Source: Leucoraja erinacea
Taxonomy: Eukaryota
Length of the DNA: 64,000 bases
Direction of reading: 5' to 3'
NCBI RefSeq assembly: GCF_028641065.1
Contig: NC_073410.1
Span: 2,976,001 to 3,040,000, forward strand
Made by a program: the position numbers and the translations under genes. Below, piece by piece: positions 37,015 through 51,360 of the stretch. A model generated the notes under the pieces. That model worked only from the letters and a program-made list of their open reading frames with translations, was not told the origin of the DNA and did not search any database. Positions within the stretch are counted from its first letter, which is position 1, and each line of letters starts with the position of its first letter.

Positions 37015-38140
37015 CTGGTTATTTCGAAGATAGGCACAAAAAGCTAGAGTAACTTACAGGCACCATCTCTGGAGAGAAATAATGGGTGACGTTTTGGGTC
37101 GCGACCCTTCTTCAGACTGGTTAGGGATAAGGGAAACGAGAGATATAGACGGTGATATGGAGAGATAAAGAACAATGAATGAAAGATACGCAAAAAAGTA
37201 ACATGATAAAGGAAACTGCCATTGTTAGCTGTTTGTAGGGTGAAAAAGAGAAGCTAATGTGACTTGGGTGGGGGAGCGATATAGAGAGAAGGAATGCCGG
37301 GGCTACCTGAAGTGAGAGAAATCAATATTCATACCACTGGGCTGTAAGCTGCCCAAGTGAAATATGAGATGCTATTCCTCCAATTTGTATTTAGCCTCAC
37401 TCTGACAATGGAGGAGACTGAGGAATGTCTGTGTAGGAAAGGGAAGGAGAATTAAAGTGTCCAGCAACCGGGAGATCAGGTTGGTTCAGGCGGGCTGAGC
37501 GAAGGCATTCCGCGAAACGATCGCCCAGCCCGTGTTTTAGTTTCGCCGATGTATGAGCCCACATCTTGAACAATAGCCGAATAGAATACAATAGATGAGG
37601 TTGGAGGAGGTGCAAGTGAACCTCTGCCCAACCTGAAATGACTGTCGGGGTCCCTGGACAGAGTCGAGGGAGGAGGTATCGCGACAGGTGTTAATAATAA
37701 TAATAATAGATTTTATTTGTGGGCGCCTTTCAAAAGTCTCAAGGACACCTTACCGAATTTAACAAGAGTAAAAAACATATAATCAGAGTAAAATAAATAA
37801 TAAAGACATCACCAATACACAAATTAAAGACAGAATTCGATCCAAACACAAAAAAATCAAAAACACAATGTGAAGATGTTGCACAATGTTGCATCTTCTG
37901 CGGTTGCAGGGGAAGACACCTGGGGAGGGGGTAGCTTGGGTGGGAAGGGATGAGTTAACCAGGGAGTTGCAGATGGGAACGGTCTCTGCGGAAGGCGGAA
38001 AGAGGTGGTGGTGAGAGCTTGTGGTGGGATCCCGTTGGAGGTGTTGGAAATTTCGGAGGATTAGGTGTTGTCTGTGACTGCTAATGGAATAGATGGTAAG
38101 GACCAGGGGGGCTCTGATACAACAAGGGCGAGTGGGAGCA
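37015..38140 (-). mobile_element. Penelope-like element 3' portion (GIY-YIG plus terminus), with a nested insertion ~37693-37880
   Basis: LGDRFAECLRSARLNQPDLPVAGHFNSPS and HLIFHLGSLQPSGMNIDFS; degenerate hammerhead terminus 37088-37115. Confidence 0.8.
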
Positions 38141-40140
38141 AAGTCGGATTTGTTCCATGCAACCTGTCAGCATATTGCAATCTTCATGCAGTAACGTTTG
38201 TACTTCCATTGTTTCCACGTACACACCATTCACTACAACACAATACAAATCATAAACGCAATGCCAGCATTCAGTCCAAATTGGGTAATGTTTGCAGGGA
38301 GTTCATTTCACACAATTAAGCACGTTATTCCTTGCAATGTGACAACATTTGTTGCAGTTTATGTGCATGCAGTTTCATGTGCTGCGTTATTTCCATGTTG
38401 GCTGCTTCCATGCAATGTGATTGGTCATTGCAAATTATTTCCAATAAATGTTGCAGTAATTTCTGCAGATTATTTCATGCCATAAAGCAGTGTTGGTTAC
38501 AGATTTTATTTCTGCACATTGTAAAGTGGAAAATTACTTTTGAAAGCAATCCTTTAACAAATTGTAATGGGATAGCAAGAAATTTGTATAATTGAAATAT
38601 TTACCAAAATGTCCAATAGCTGATCAGTACTACCTAGCCTTGGGTCTTTAAAAACTTATTTTCATTCCCTCCAATTAATATTTGTCACCTTTTCAGGTTG
38701 AAGTTCTGTCGATATATTTGTGTCCCTTCTGAGCGTGAGCCTATTTTGCAGGTGGAAAACAAATACTACAGGATGTTTTATCACGTGGTTATTTTTATTT
38801 AATGCGTTTCTTTTGAGAGATGCTGAATCGTGCTCAGGATGCACACTTGGATCAATTTTCTAGAACTGTCCAAATAGGGGTTGCTGTATCCAATTAATAT
38901 CAGGAAATCAAACAGAGGCCATTCCTGCCATGTGCTTCAGTGACAATAAATATACTGAACAGTTGGGAAAGTTACACATGCAATATCAATAATTAATTAC
39001 ATAATGTCAACATTTCACATGGTTGCAACCAAACACCATCTGCGCTACAAAACACTGTGTTTTGCTGGTGTAATGTGTTCTTGTCACCTAACTATACAGC
39101 ATGTGCAGGAAAGATGGTTGCTCTTCAAATAAGATCATTATATAAGCTCATTATGGAAATTTGTTTTTATTATCTATAATATTACTAATTATTACTGGCT
39201 ATTCCCGAGGCAGGTAGAAGGTACAGGAGCCTGAAGACTGCAACAACCAGGTTCAGGAATAGCTACTTCCGCACAGCCATCAGGCTATTAAACCTGGCTC
39301 GGACAAAAATCTGATTATTAATAACCCATTATCTGTTATTTGCACTTTATCAGTTTATTTATTCATGTGTGTATATATTTATATTATGGTATATGGACAC
39401 ACTTATCTGTTTTGTAGTAAATGTCTACTATGTTCTGTGTGCTGAAGCAAAGCAAGAATTTCATTGTTCTATACAGGGACACATGACAATAAACGCACTT
39501 GAACTTGATATGTGCGCTCCTAATTGGGCTCAGGTGATGAAAACCCCCAAATCTTACTCTTTCCAACTATGGTCTGGTCTCTTTTCCATCCTTAATTCAA
39601 ACCCAATATTTTTGACATGAAAAAAATTATTCAATGTCACTTGGCTTAATGTGATGAAGCCATCCAAGCCAGTTGGATATTCATGATCCGTGGCGTTAAA
39701 AAGATAAAGGATTTGCAGATTTGCATTTCAAACTCTTTCGTTTTGGAATGAACTTGCGTCGGAAGCATTTTGCAGCTTGTTCTGTAGGTCAAGAATCTTT
39801 CCTGCTCAGGATGATTGAACCTAATGAGCTCAATGAATCAGAACATAGTTTTCTTGTGTTCTTTGATTTCGGGGAATGTTTGACAATTTGTTACTTATAA
39901 GGGAGCAGTACCTCTTGTTGATGATGCAGTTACATAACGGAACAGCTTCTGTGGAGTTAATTGGAAATAGAAAAAAATACCGTCAGTGGAAAACAAAATC
40001 CACGTTTTTTGAAAGTTATGACTGTTCTGTTAGGTATTGTGCCAGAAGCTCGGACAATAGCGGTAAAATGCAACAGGGATGTCTGATTTTATGTTTGAAA
40101 TAATGAAATGTGTATTGATATAGGTTTTGAATTCTTGCAG

Positions 40141-40207
40141 GTTACGACGAAAAGTGTGCAGATTTGACCACAGAGAAAAGTAAAGATTTAAGGATGGACC
40201 AAGCCAG
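40141..40207 (+). CDS. PARG: PARG coding exon 2 (67 nt)
   Basis: ttcttgcag|GT...CCAG|gtataa; open frame YDEKCADLTTEKSKDLRMDQAS; bridges phase 1 to phase 2; little recognisable homology. Confidence 0.65.
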
Positions 40208-41128
40208 GTATAATCTAGCATGTCTCGTTTGTGTTGCAGGCATATTTACCCAGTATTTGGTACAACAATGAAATCCTACTTAAAGATTCACAATCTAGCC
40301 ATAATGTTTGATTCTCTGACCCAGTCATTTTATTTTTAGCCGTAGGACCACAAAGCCTTTTTCAATATGAATGCTGTCTGCTGATTTGGATTGCGTTTTC
40401 TCAGACAACAACTACCACCGAATCTGATGGTCTCCCGTCCAAGTATTGACCAGGCATGAGCCTGTTCAACAGAAACCACAGAGCATAACAGAGCCGGAAA
40501 TCCGCTGCTTCCCTTCCCAATGATAACATGGTCTTGATAACATGCTGTTTTCAGAAAATGGAATTAGACAATTAGTGAAAAGAACTGAACCAGGTTAAAG
40601 TTTTATTTCCAACTGAGCCATGGGTACAATGCCTCAGGTGGTAGTGGATTAGTAATCGGTGGTTATTTTCAGAACAGACATGGATTTATAGAAGTGAAAA
40701 CAAGCAACTGATGTGGTAGGACAAGGAATTGGTGTTTAGTTAAAAGCTCATGTTTAATGAAGGAATTGGCTCAAAGGGCTGAGTGGCCTGTAGCGTACAT
40801 TTTTAATGGTCCTAGGATGTTATCATAGACCTTAACAAAATCACTCATGATATCAACCTTATGCCATGCCACCTGTAGTTGACTCTCAAAAATCCCACTG
40901 CAATTGATTTAACACGTGAAATTTAGTCAGGATGAAAATGAGTTGATTGAATAAAGCATTGTGACCTAGTTAATAGACCTGAAGCTTGAAAAACAGATTG
41001 GTTAAATAGCTAAAGACAGAAAATGTTAAAAAAAAATGTGGTTCAATTTAAAATGGTAATTTTATCAAGATCTAATTTCGCACATTTGTTTTCAAGTATC
41101 TCATTCTTCTCTACATTGTATCATGCAG

Positions 41129-42175
41129 CACTGAGAACAAACTACAAGGCAAAGACGGAGGATTAGAAGACACTGAGAGAGGATGCAAGGATACGTGGAC
41201 AGTTCCGTTTATGCAACAGGACGGGATGGTTAATTCTTCAGGCACTGAGTCTAGGAGTAGCAAATCAACAGAGTGCTGTGAGTCTGATGAGAAGATTCAA
41301 AAACAAAAGTGGAAAAATCCCTTTGGCGTGGAGGCTCAGAGGTTTGAACAGTCCTCTGTCTGTTTAATTAAAAGTGCAGACAGGTACGCTTCTGAAAATG
41401 ATAGAGGTAACCAAATAGCACCGAACCCCACTTTAGAAACCACTGGTTGTAAAGACAAAGCTAAGAACATTATTCCAGATAAAAAGAAATGCAAAACACT
41501 TGAGGAATGGGTGGTAAAGCCTCCTGGTTCAAAAGGCTCAAGGAACACTGTAGTCACTCAGGCTGGTGAAAATAACCAAGAGGAACATCACTTGAGAGAG
41601 CTTGAGACCATGAACTCTAATGAAGATTCACAGGATGAGATTTATGTTGTTCCTGAAAGTCCGCTCTCCGATTCTGGGTGTGAACAGTGTACCCCTGGCA
41701 CGAGTGGAGGTGAAAAACAAGACCATGGGAAGGAAAATTCAGAAGATTGGCTCACTGCTAAGAAAGAGACCAAGTCCATCTTTCCCGCGCACTTTGACTT
41801 TGCTGGTAATAGCCCTCACGAATCAGACACTGAACCTGCGTGTTTTACAGACAAAGTTTCAGAAGGTTTTGAGGACGCTTCTCCGTGCCACAGGTCTTCT
41901 TGTGTTAATCCTTACTCTGATAATAAAAACGATGAAGATATGATGGAGGTGGACAAGGATGTACAATGTCAATGTGAGGATTCCTTCCCAAAGGCAAAAC
42001 AGAAAACATTCCGTGGTTTAAAAGATGGATCAATAACGTCGGAACAAAAAACGTACCCTTCGACAAGTTCCCCTTCACAGCTTGGAAGTTGGAAAGGCAC
42101 TGCAAAGGTTCCTACAAAAATCACCGATCATTTTGAGTACCTGGTCAGGAAGCCACATAGGATAAATGACGAGAG
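41129..42175 (+). CDS. PARG: PARG exon 3 (1047 nt), disordered regulatory region
   Basis: Long open frame; VVPESPLSD and KITDHF motifs match vertebrate PARG; AG|gtaat. Confidence 0.92.
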
Positions 42176-43970
42176 GTAATGTTTGTTTTTCAACTTTTCT
42201 TTGTTCCAGTCATTCAAATGTAAAGAGAGAGTATCAGTGCGGGGCTACACAGCAACTCCACATGGAGTTGGGTAACCGAATATGGGAATTGTTGTGCAGA
42301 TAACATTCTACACATTGTGTACACATCGAGGAAGGGACTCCACCCAAAACATCGTCTAGTCCTTTTTTCCAGAGATGCTGCCTGACCCGCTGAACAGTTT
42401 TTTTGTGTCTATCTACATTCAATGTCTTTTTAAAAAAAAATGATATTACTGAAATAAAGCTTTTAAATTTGTAAGATTGCAAAATAGTTACGAGTGAGAC
42501 ACAAGGTGTCTAAACTGTAATAGTCATCCTGAGCAAGGATCCTGAGTTGATCAGGTCAGTTACGGAAGCAGGAAGTAAACCGTGGGCGGTAGCTTCTGTT
42601 TGTGCGTGAAGTTGATTTGCTGAACAGATTGCAGGAACTGCCGAGGCATGAGGGCTGCAGTGCAGCACAATGAGTTAGCTGAACTTGCTGTAAATTGGAT
42701 ACCACATGCTGCTGCTTTGTAGTTATTGTGTTTTAAAATCATGAAGGTTTGTAGTGATGGTGCTGCTGGTTTGGTGTTGCAGTTTTGTTTAAACTTGATA
42801 GTTTACTGGATAGTTACAGAGTTGGCCTGTAGTGTACAGTATAGAGAGGGTACACATAACAATATTCTACTTTTATTTGGCGCCATCTACAAACCTTTAA
42901 GAAAGGTTTAAAGAAGGCTTAAAAACAATTGCTTTGTAAATCTTTGAGAAGCCATTTTATATTGTTGTGCCAGTTGTCTCATATTACAGAAGGTTCTGAT
43001 AAAATGCATCGCAGCACTAGTTCACAGTGAAGAATCTTCCTACTTTCTGACTGAGGTCAGGATTCTTAAAAGTAAATCTTTCTCCAGTTAAATGTTGAAG
43101 AACTAAATTAGAAATCGGAGCTGTGAAATAAAGATCATTCCTTATTTTTGCTTTTTTCCCATTTTGGAGCTACAAATGAAAGTGAAACTAAAATGACAAT
43201 TCAATTTTACTTTGGTTATTTTGCAAATTTGGTGAGATTCAAAATTGTGTACTGCTATGTCTCCTTGTGGCATTGTTCATGTAACCCAGGGATACTGGGA
43301 AATGTTAGTGGCATTATATATTTCAGTTAAAAAATGAGCTCATTACCCAGTTAATAGATTCACTAGAAGTAATCTGAAAGTAAAGGCCCACAAAAATCCA
43401 TAATTTTACTTTAAGGAAAATGTAATACTATTTTGGATGAATCATGTTAAATATATGAAATTTATAATAATATAAATTATGAAATTTACTCATCCGTAAT
43501 GGTTTGCCTGATAGTCCTTGCATCTTAATACAATTAAGTTAACAAAGATAACAAAGTCTTATTATCTGATTCCCAATTCTGACCTACTCCGCTCTTTGGG
43601 GGAAAATGCCCTCTTGGGAACAAAGTAAGTCAGGCAAAGTTCTTCTTACCAGTAGGTAAGGAACTGCTATGCATCATCCTTGCTGGAAGGTGTACCAGTT
43701 TGGTGAGATTAAATATTGATATTGACTATGTAAATAAAGAGCCTATGATTACTCATTGTGTATGCTCTTACAATAATGGTCATTTGGACAAAGTATTTGA
43801 GTGCCCATGAACTATACCCTTGTCAAAGTCCATTCACTTATGAACAAATTAGGCAGAAAAAGGCAACTAGACTTCTGAGTTTATGCATGAATTGAAAGCT
43901 TGAAAGAGAAAATGAAATGGGACAAATCAGTGTGTTTAAAGGCCAAGTTTTAATCAGAAAATATGTTAAA

Positions 43971-44180
43971 ATGCGACAAAAAATGCTGGAGTAACTCAGC
44001 GGGACAGGCAGTATCTCAGGAGAGAAGGAATGGGTGACATTTCGGGTTGAGTCTGAAGAAAGGTCTCGACCCGAAACATCACCCATTCCTTCTCTCCAGA
44101 GATGCTGCCTGTCTCGCTGAGTTACTCCAGCATTTTGGGTCTACTCGCTTTAAAGCAGCATCTGCAGTTCGTCCCTACAC
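43971..44180. mobile_element. Palindromic Penelope-like element in PARG intron 3
   Basis: TSD AATATGTTAAA at 43960-43970 and 44181-44191; core 44053-44080 with stem II/III changes. Confidence 0.75.
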
Positions 44181-47100
44181 AATATGTTAAAGTTATTGTA
44201 TTTCATTATTAAAACATCTAAGTTGATAGTAAACAGTAAGCACATTGACCAGAGATTACGATCCTAAAGCAGTTCGATATCGGTACTTTTAAAAATGGAA
44301 GAAATCAACCTTATTTGTAACAAACCGGTTGATGGGTTCCCACTAACTCATGCCATTTGCCAGCATGATATTGGCTCTTGTGTCAATGCTTACAATGAGT
44401 TTGAAGAGACTACACTAGCAACACTCCTTATTTGGCAATAGAACTTCAACATACTGACTGCAGGCAGCTTCTAGCGTATTTCACCCTATTTTTAAATTAA
44501 TCTTGTTAATCAATTGAAGGTTTATTTATCAATGTTAACCTTTCAATTACTTTTGTACTACATTTTTTGTAACCGTTTTATTTCAAGTAAACCTTTAACT
44601 TAGCACTATTCATATGTACTTTTTGCTGGAACCCCTTGGTCGGGGTATTTTTAAATGTCACTGAGAAATATTAGCACAATAGTGCTCATAAAGTCATTAA
44701 TATAAGATTCTCAAACGGGTCATAGGGCTCCAGGTTGCTGCGCAGTCTGGCTTATTCCGAGGTATATTTGCATTGAATTGAGCATGTTGTATAATTGACA
44801 GATAGTGAAGTACATCTGCAGAGGTGCTGCAGTAATGTGCATGTGCAGCAATGGAAAGAATAGAAATCAGGAGCACTTCTCAGCTTCTGGGCTGTTCACC
44901 TGGTGCCGGCAAAAATGGAAAAATCTGTAAGTGAATGTTTGTTTTTTTAACACCCCTAATACATCTGCAGCATTGTGCATCTTCTGTCATAACTTGATCT
45001 TGAAACATTACACATATTTCTAAGAAGCCACTATCCCACAAGTAACAGTCTGTCCTCTGCCTCCGCTGCCAGGGTGTGGCCATACACAAACTAGAGTAGG
45101 AGCATTGTATGTTTTATTTGATTAGTCTGCAATCCAGCAGCATGAAACTCATACCTGTCTGTCCCTGTCTCTCTTGCCTGATCCATCCAGACCATCTCAC
45201 ACATACCCTTCTCCCGTAATATCAGACTCTTTATTTCCCCAATGCTATTAGACTTCTTCCAACTGGATACCCTTCCCCTTACTACTCACCTTCTTGCTTT
45301 TCCTATCTGCTACCACTCCTTCAGTTCTACTCTTGACCTTCCTTCCGTATTAAATTCCACAATCAGCAGCCCTTTGTTCTCTGCTCTTAACCACTCAATT
45401 TCCCGAATCAGCCTATCACTGCCAACTCTTACCCCACACACCTTCCTCCATTTCTTACATGACAGCTATTTCCCCACTACTCTCTCAGTCATGTGAAGGG
45501 ACTCAACCTGAAACATCGATTGTCCATTTTCCTCTGCGGATGCTGCCTGACCCCAGCAACTTTTATTCCTCTCCAGTTTCCAGTATCTGCGGCATCTCCT
45601 GCCTCCAAGTCTGTTGGTCAAAGTTAGAAGTGCTATATCATTGATCGTATAGCTCAGAACTTGGACAAGCAGTATTGTCATCCATTTGAGCCAAAATGAT
45701 GTGACCTACCTTTTCTTTACATCCCTATGTTGGTTTGCGATTTTTGTGAATAGTATCTTCTGGATGTTAACTCACTAGTTACACCTCTATTCTCTTTAGA
45801 GGTCCACCTTATACTACTGTTGCTCTTACCAGATACTGGTGAATATGACTACCAATGGAAGACTTTGTCTTAGGTCAAGACACTAGTGTCTTTGGCATTC
45901 AGTTCCAAAGGTGATAAGGGGATGAGAAAGAAGTATGGTAAATAAGTAATAACGTTGATTGGAGCATTTGTAAAGATTAAAGCCAACAGTGCCTTACGTT
46001 GACTGAGGCATTCATTCTTTTTTTTCTGAGGCAACATGCATGCATTATATTTATACAGTAGAGACTGAAGGTTAAATAGTTCTCCTTTTTCATGTACTTT
46101 CTCAATGATTCATGGCCACATTCAACATTGGGGTTTAACTCGAAGCATGGCAACCAGTCCTGCCTGTCGCACCTAAGAAAAAGGGAAACCATCGAAAAAC
46201 ACATTACCAAGTTTTCAAAAACAACATTAAAATAATAAGATCATATGGTCATAAAATAATGTCCTAAAAAAAGTTGTCTTTAAATACATCAAAGCATCCT
46301 TGTTTGATCTGCCTTTAGATTATTTGTCACAACTAGAATACTTTTTCTCGTGGGTTTTGTGACTTAAAGGATTAATATGTGCGTCAGGTCAAACTGCATT
46401 AACTTTAAATGTTAGTCATTGCTCATTTACTGTCATACCTTTCTAATAATATTTTTGAATCTATTGTGGGCAACTCATACCTGTATCTTTTGTAATTTGC
46501 TGCACTTAGGTTTAAGATTTTGTTTTACAGACAGTATAACATCGCTTTCCCTATGTATGTAAAGTTCTGTCATATTATGCTTACACTTCTACACTTCTCT
46601 CAATGCATCCTAACCAGCAGATTATTAATGAACACTTTCTCATTGCAGAATGCTGGGTCTAAGATAGTTTGTTCCCTTATAGATTCCTTGCTTGTGTTGA
46701 AATAAAAAAGATCTCTCATAAATGCTCTGTGAATTTGTCCTCAGTACTATTCCTGAAATTTTGGGTTGCCTTCTCTGTATGTAGAGTACACCTTTGTGTG
46801 GTTATTACATGCAGCTCTAATCTTTCTGACTGAAATCGCATGCTGTACAGGTGCTCCCCAATCATCACTCCATACCGCTATTACCCAATCCACGTTGCAA
46901 CCGTTTGAGTGATGGAAATTTACTCTGATAGAATTCACAAATTGTCACCCTAGCAATCGCTCTTATGGAATTTATGTGGCACGGGGTAAGGGGCAAGTAA
47001 ATATATAAATTTTGGCAACAACTGTTTCTATACACATGTAGTAATGTTATGCAAAATGTCAATGCAGACCCTTACCCTGCCCTCTCCCACCTAGTTACAC

Positions 47101-47428
47101 AGTCATCGCCTGTACATTGTCGAGCCTGTTATACAATAACAGAATCTGGTATACTATTTACATTAACTGCATCTTTTCTTTGCAATTTTGATTTCATTGT
47201 AACGGTAAATATGAAGATTAAATTAAAGTATTTGTTTGCTCCCCTGCAAGGTTATGCTGTTGAGCTTTGCAATTAATAATCTTCACAGAAAGCAAGTGCT
47301 GTAAGCTAAGTTTATTATCTTCATTTTCTGATTTGTATGGAATGTTGGATTATATACAATTTAGTGACTGCATTTCTGATGTAGGTTACTATCTGGTTAT
47401 GCTAACAAATGTTTAATTTATTTTTTAG

Positions 47429-47588
47429 AAGAGGAAATTGCATGGATGATAAGAGGCTGTCTCATGGAAGGTTTGCCACAGATGTTAAATGGCTTGGAAC
47501 TCCAATCTGTGAGATGAGAAGAATGCCAGATTGCAGTGGCACTTTGCCAGCACTAAGACCATCTAGCAACCATTCAGTAACCATCCGA
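47429..47588 (+). CDS. PARG: PARG exon 4 (160 nt)
   Basis: [34 protein letters not shown] (human KWLGTPIEEMRRMPRCG...NHTVTIR); GA|gtaagt. Confidence 0.96.
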
Positions 47589-48103
47589 GTAAGTTAGTCT
47601 TTATCCAAGCAATATACAATTTGTTTTGAAAATATGAGAAAATCCATTCATTATTTATGAAGCAGCAATACAAACTTCGCTATTCCTTATCTAATCAAAC
47701 CACGGGGTATATTGAGGCTTTGACTGCTGACCTATAATAATAACTCATCAGCCACATTTTAAGATGTTTTGGGATGAAATCCTAAAAAAAAAGATGAATG
47801 GCATTAATTTCTAAATAGATTGTATAAATCTAACAAAATTACCTTATTTTCTAAATTTGTTTGTGAATCTAAACATCTACAAACTGAAAATACTTAGCTT
47901 ATTATAAGCCATAAATTAGAAACTGTCATGATACCTTTCCCTATTTTTTTTAAGCCTGTTTCTAAATTGCTTAAGTGTGCTGCCTCCTCCTAATATTTAA
48001 AGACAGAAAAATCAATTTTGCATTCCATTAGATGTAATATGTATACTTACTTTTCCTCATTTCTCCAGTAATGGTTACTGCAACCTCTATGCTTGTATTG
48101 CAG

Positions 48104-48226
48104 ACAGACTTGCTGAAAAGTGGTGATGTTCCTCGACCCTATCCCACATATCTCAAAGATGCCTGGGATGACAAGCATGTGAGGATGCCTTGTTCTGAGC
48201 AAAATCTTTTTCCTGTTGAAAACGAG
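48104..48226 (+). CDS. PARG: PARG exon 5 (123 nt)
   Basis: TDLLKSGDVPRPYPTYLKDAWDDKHVRMPCSEQNLFPVENE. Confidence 0.97.
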
Positions 48227-48394
48227 GTAAAGAATGCCCATAACTCAAACACAACTGCACCTGTTTTCATGTTGTATGCTTCAATCAGGATAGAGTAGTA
48301 TTGTTGGTTATTGAATTCATTTGTGGCCAATTTTCACATGTTTGCACGTTTTTAAACATGTGTAGTATCAGCTTCCTGAAATGGTAACCAGTTA

Positions 48395-48678
48395 AGGGCC
48401 TGTTGCACTTATGCGATTTTTTCCGGCGGCTTGCCCGTTAAAGTCGCAGCAGGTTGACGGAAAAGTTTCAAAATGTTGAAAATCCAGCGGCGACCAAAAA
48501 AAGGTATGACTCTTTGGGCGACTACTCACCGTGGTGACGCCTGTTTGGTGGTGAGAAGTCGCCCAGAGAGACGTACCTTTTTGGATTTTCAACATTTTTT
48601 AAATTTTCAGCGGCCTGCTGCGACTATGACGGGTGCCGGCAAGTTGTCGAAAAAAATCGCATAAGTGAGACAGGCTCT
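48395..48678. mobile_element. PIF/Harbinger-like MITE
   Basis: TIRs AGGGCCTGTTGCACTTATGCGATTTTTT / AAAAAATCGCATAAGTGAGACAGGCTCT; TTA on both sides; partial copy at ~51510-51552. Confidence 0.75.
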
Positions 48679-49775
48679 TTAGTTAGCAAGTTTGAATGTA
48701 TAAAGCATGGCAAGGCTTAACCATAGAATGTAGTTGCAATATCTTGGTATAGATGTAGCACTACAGTTGGAACAATAATCCAGAGTTTAATTGTTTTTTT
48801 GAGCCTCTAATGGTACTTGCATATATCAACAATTGATTAACTAGTATTACAGATCTTTCAAATGCAACAAGTGGCAATGTGCTGTTCATTCGATTTCTCT
48901 CGAGGCCTAAACTTAATTTGAAATAATATGTATCACTTGGTGATTCAGCTTTTGAAACATACTTAAAAGCCAAAGCAATTATAGTGAAAAGCCAGATCAA
49001 TTAGAACCAGTTTCCTTAAATTTCTTAATTGAATAAGGACCTGGATTGTGTACAGTTTCATTCTCCACAAACATGGTCTGACTTATTTTGATAGTTCTAT
49101 CTTTATCTCTTTTTATTTCTAGATTTTCAGTATTTGGCTTTGAAATGATGGATATTCCATAGGGTAGCAACTTTGAACGATTATTTTAAAAATTGGTTGG
49201 TTAACTTGGACTTAAATGCACGAATAGAAAACAAATCAGAATTTTCTACAGTGTCTGTTTTTCGCAATTGCAGTTTTTAACTTTTGTCACCAGGTGTCTC
49301 TTTAAGATTAGTATCAAAATTGGCAAAAACAAATTGCTGGAGGAACTTAGAAATAATTTTGTGGGCTCATTAGTACAGATTTTTAGAAATGTGGGCATTT
49401 TCACATGATTTGTATTTGAGTGAAGGGCTTCTAACGATGACACAGCTCACTTTTACAATTGGAAAGATTACTCTTTTTCAGAAACTTAATTGGTTTCCCA
49501 GTAAATCTTGAGATTTAAAGGATGAACTTTTGAATAGGTGACATTTCGGCTCGAGTCCCGAAACGTTAGCTATTCCTTTTCTCCAGAGAAGCTGTCTGAC
49601 CCGCTGAGTTATTCCAACTTTTTGAGTCTATCCGGTTTAAACCAGCATCTATCTGCAGTTCTTTCCTACACATAAACATTTGAATAATGTTTCTCATTTG
49701 ATAATGTTATGTAAATTCTTCTACATTGCCTCTGACCAGCTGTCACCTTACATTGTCAATCCCTTTTTTCTTCAG

Positions 49776-49859
49776 GATGGAAGCAAGAATGTGAGCAGTC
49801 GATGGAAATTGATTGACATTGCATTGTCGAGAAAGTTTGATAACTCACTGGATGTAAAG
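49776..49859 (+). CDS. PARG: PARG exon 6 (84 nt)
   Basis: DGSKNVSSRWKLIDIALSRKFDNSLDVK; ttcag|GAT ... AAG|gtgcgg. Confidence 0.93.
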
Positions 49860-50724
49860 GTGCGGTGTGAAATTAGATTAAATGTGCTACAATGTATTAC
49901 AGGGCTTGAGAGAGAAATATAATTATAGTCATTCTTTTGATCACCTTAGTTCAGTAAATATTGCAACATCTTTAATCTACCTGGTTATTAGCTTCAGACT
50001 TTTATGTACAACACTGTCGGTCAGTATGTAGAAACGAGGAACTGCTGATGCTGGTTCACAAAAAAAAAGAATCAAAGTGCTTCCTTAGACTGAACATGGG
50101 TCCCGACATGAAATGGCACTTTTCCATGTTCTCCATGTGCTGTACTAGTGAATTGACAATGTGTTTTCTCCGAAGCCGATTTATTCTCCCTAAAAAATGA
50201 TATACAGAACTGCTCACATTTAAAGACCAGCCGTGCAGAAACTTGGCTAAACCAGTCTTATAAATACTTTACATACAAGGGCAACTTGGATGTTGGATAC
50301 AGCAGATGATTTGGTCCTTGGCACTCAAAAGTCTTTGAGACCATCCACGACCCGTTCACACTAGTTATGTTATCCCACTTTCTCATCAGTTCCCTACACA
50401 GTAGATGAACTTTACTGAGGCCAACACTGCACTTTTTTTTTAAGATGTTTGAGGAAACTGGAGCAACTAAAGGAAGTCCATGCAGTCACAGGGAGAAGGT
50501 GCAAGCTCCATACAGACAGCATCTGAGTTCAGGATCGAACATGGGTGTCTGGTGCTGTGAGGCAGCAGCTCTACCAGCTGTGCCTCCATGCCAACCTCTT
50601 CACAATTTCCAATGCATAATTCAAGAATGTGAAGGAAAGTTCTCCACACCTTTATGAGTGTAGCTTCAATAATACTGGAAGTGTGACAATATTCAGGCAA
50701 AGTAGGTTACTTGAATTATACCAC

Positions 50725-51210
50725 CCTAAACATCCCTGTTCCCTGAAGAATGAGGACATCTCCGATGCCCTGGTTTGGAACACCTCATGCTGGGTGCAGA
50801 TGCGGCGTAGAGAGTAGGGGATAGAGGTGTTACAGGAGGCAGGGTGGGAAGAAGTGTAGTCCAGATAGCCATGGGAGTCAGTAGTTTATAGTAGGTGTCG
50901 GTCAGAAGTCTGTTGCCTGCGATGGAGATAGTGAGGTCTATAAATGGTAGGGAGATGTTGGAAATAGTCCAGGTGAATTTGAGTGCCGGATGAAAGGTTG
51001 TGGTGAAATGGATGAAGTCAGTGAGTTCTGCATGGGTGCAGGAGACAACACCAATGCAGTCGTCGATGTAGCGGAGGTAGAGTTCGGGGATAGGGCCACG
51101 GTACGCCTCGAACAAGGTTTGTTCGACGTACCCTCCAAAGAGGCAGGCATAGCTGGGGCTCATGCACATGCCCATAGCTACGCCTTGGATTTGGAGGAAA
51201 GGGGAGGACT
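50725..51210 (-). mobile_element. Penelope-like reverse transcriptase fragment
   Basis: GVAMGMCMSPSYACLF...YLRYIDDCIG...HPALKFTW...LPFIDLTI. Confidence 0.88.
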
Positions 51211-51360
51211 TACTTAAATATTTTCTAACATTACGGAATTTAAGTAAGTTCCTATCCTTAATAGTTTTCTTAGGATGTTTGGCAACAAACTCTCCAAGTA
51301 GTGAGTGTATTCTTCAAATGAAACCAGTTAAATAATTACTGCTTGGATTTTATTTTTCAG

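Noticed and set aside
38697-38790. Alternative candidates for PARG exon 2
   Set aside because: One acceptor reads into an early stop and the other lacks a convincing donor; 40141-40207 fits phase and splice sites better
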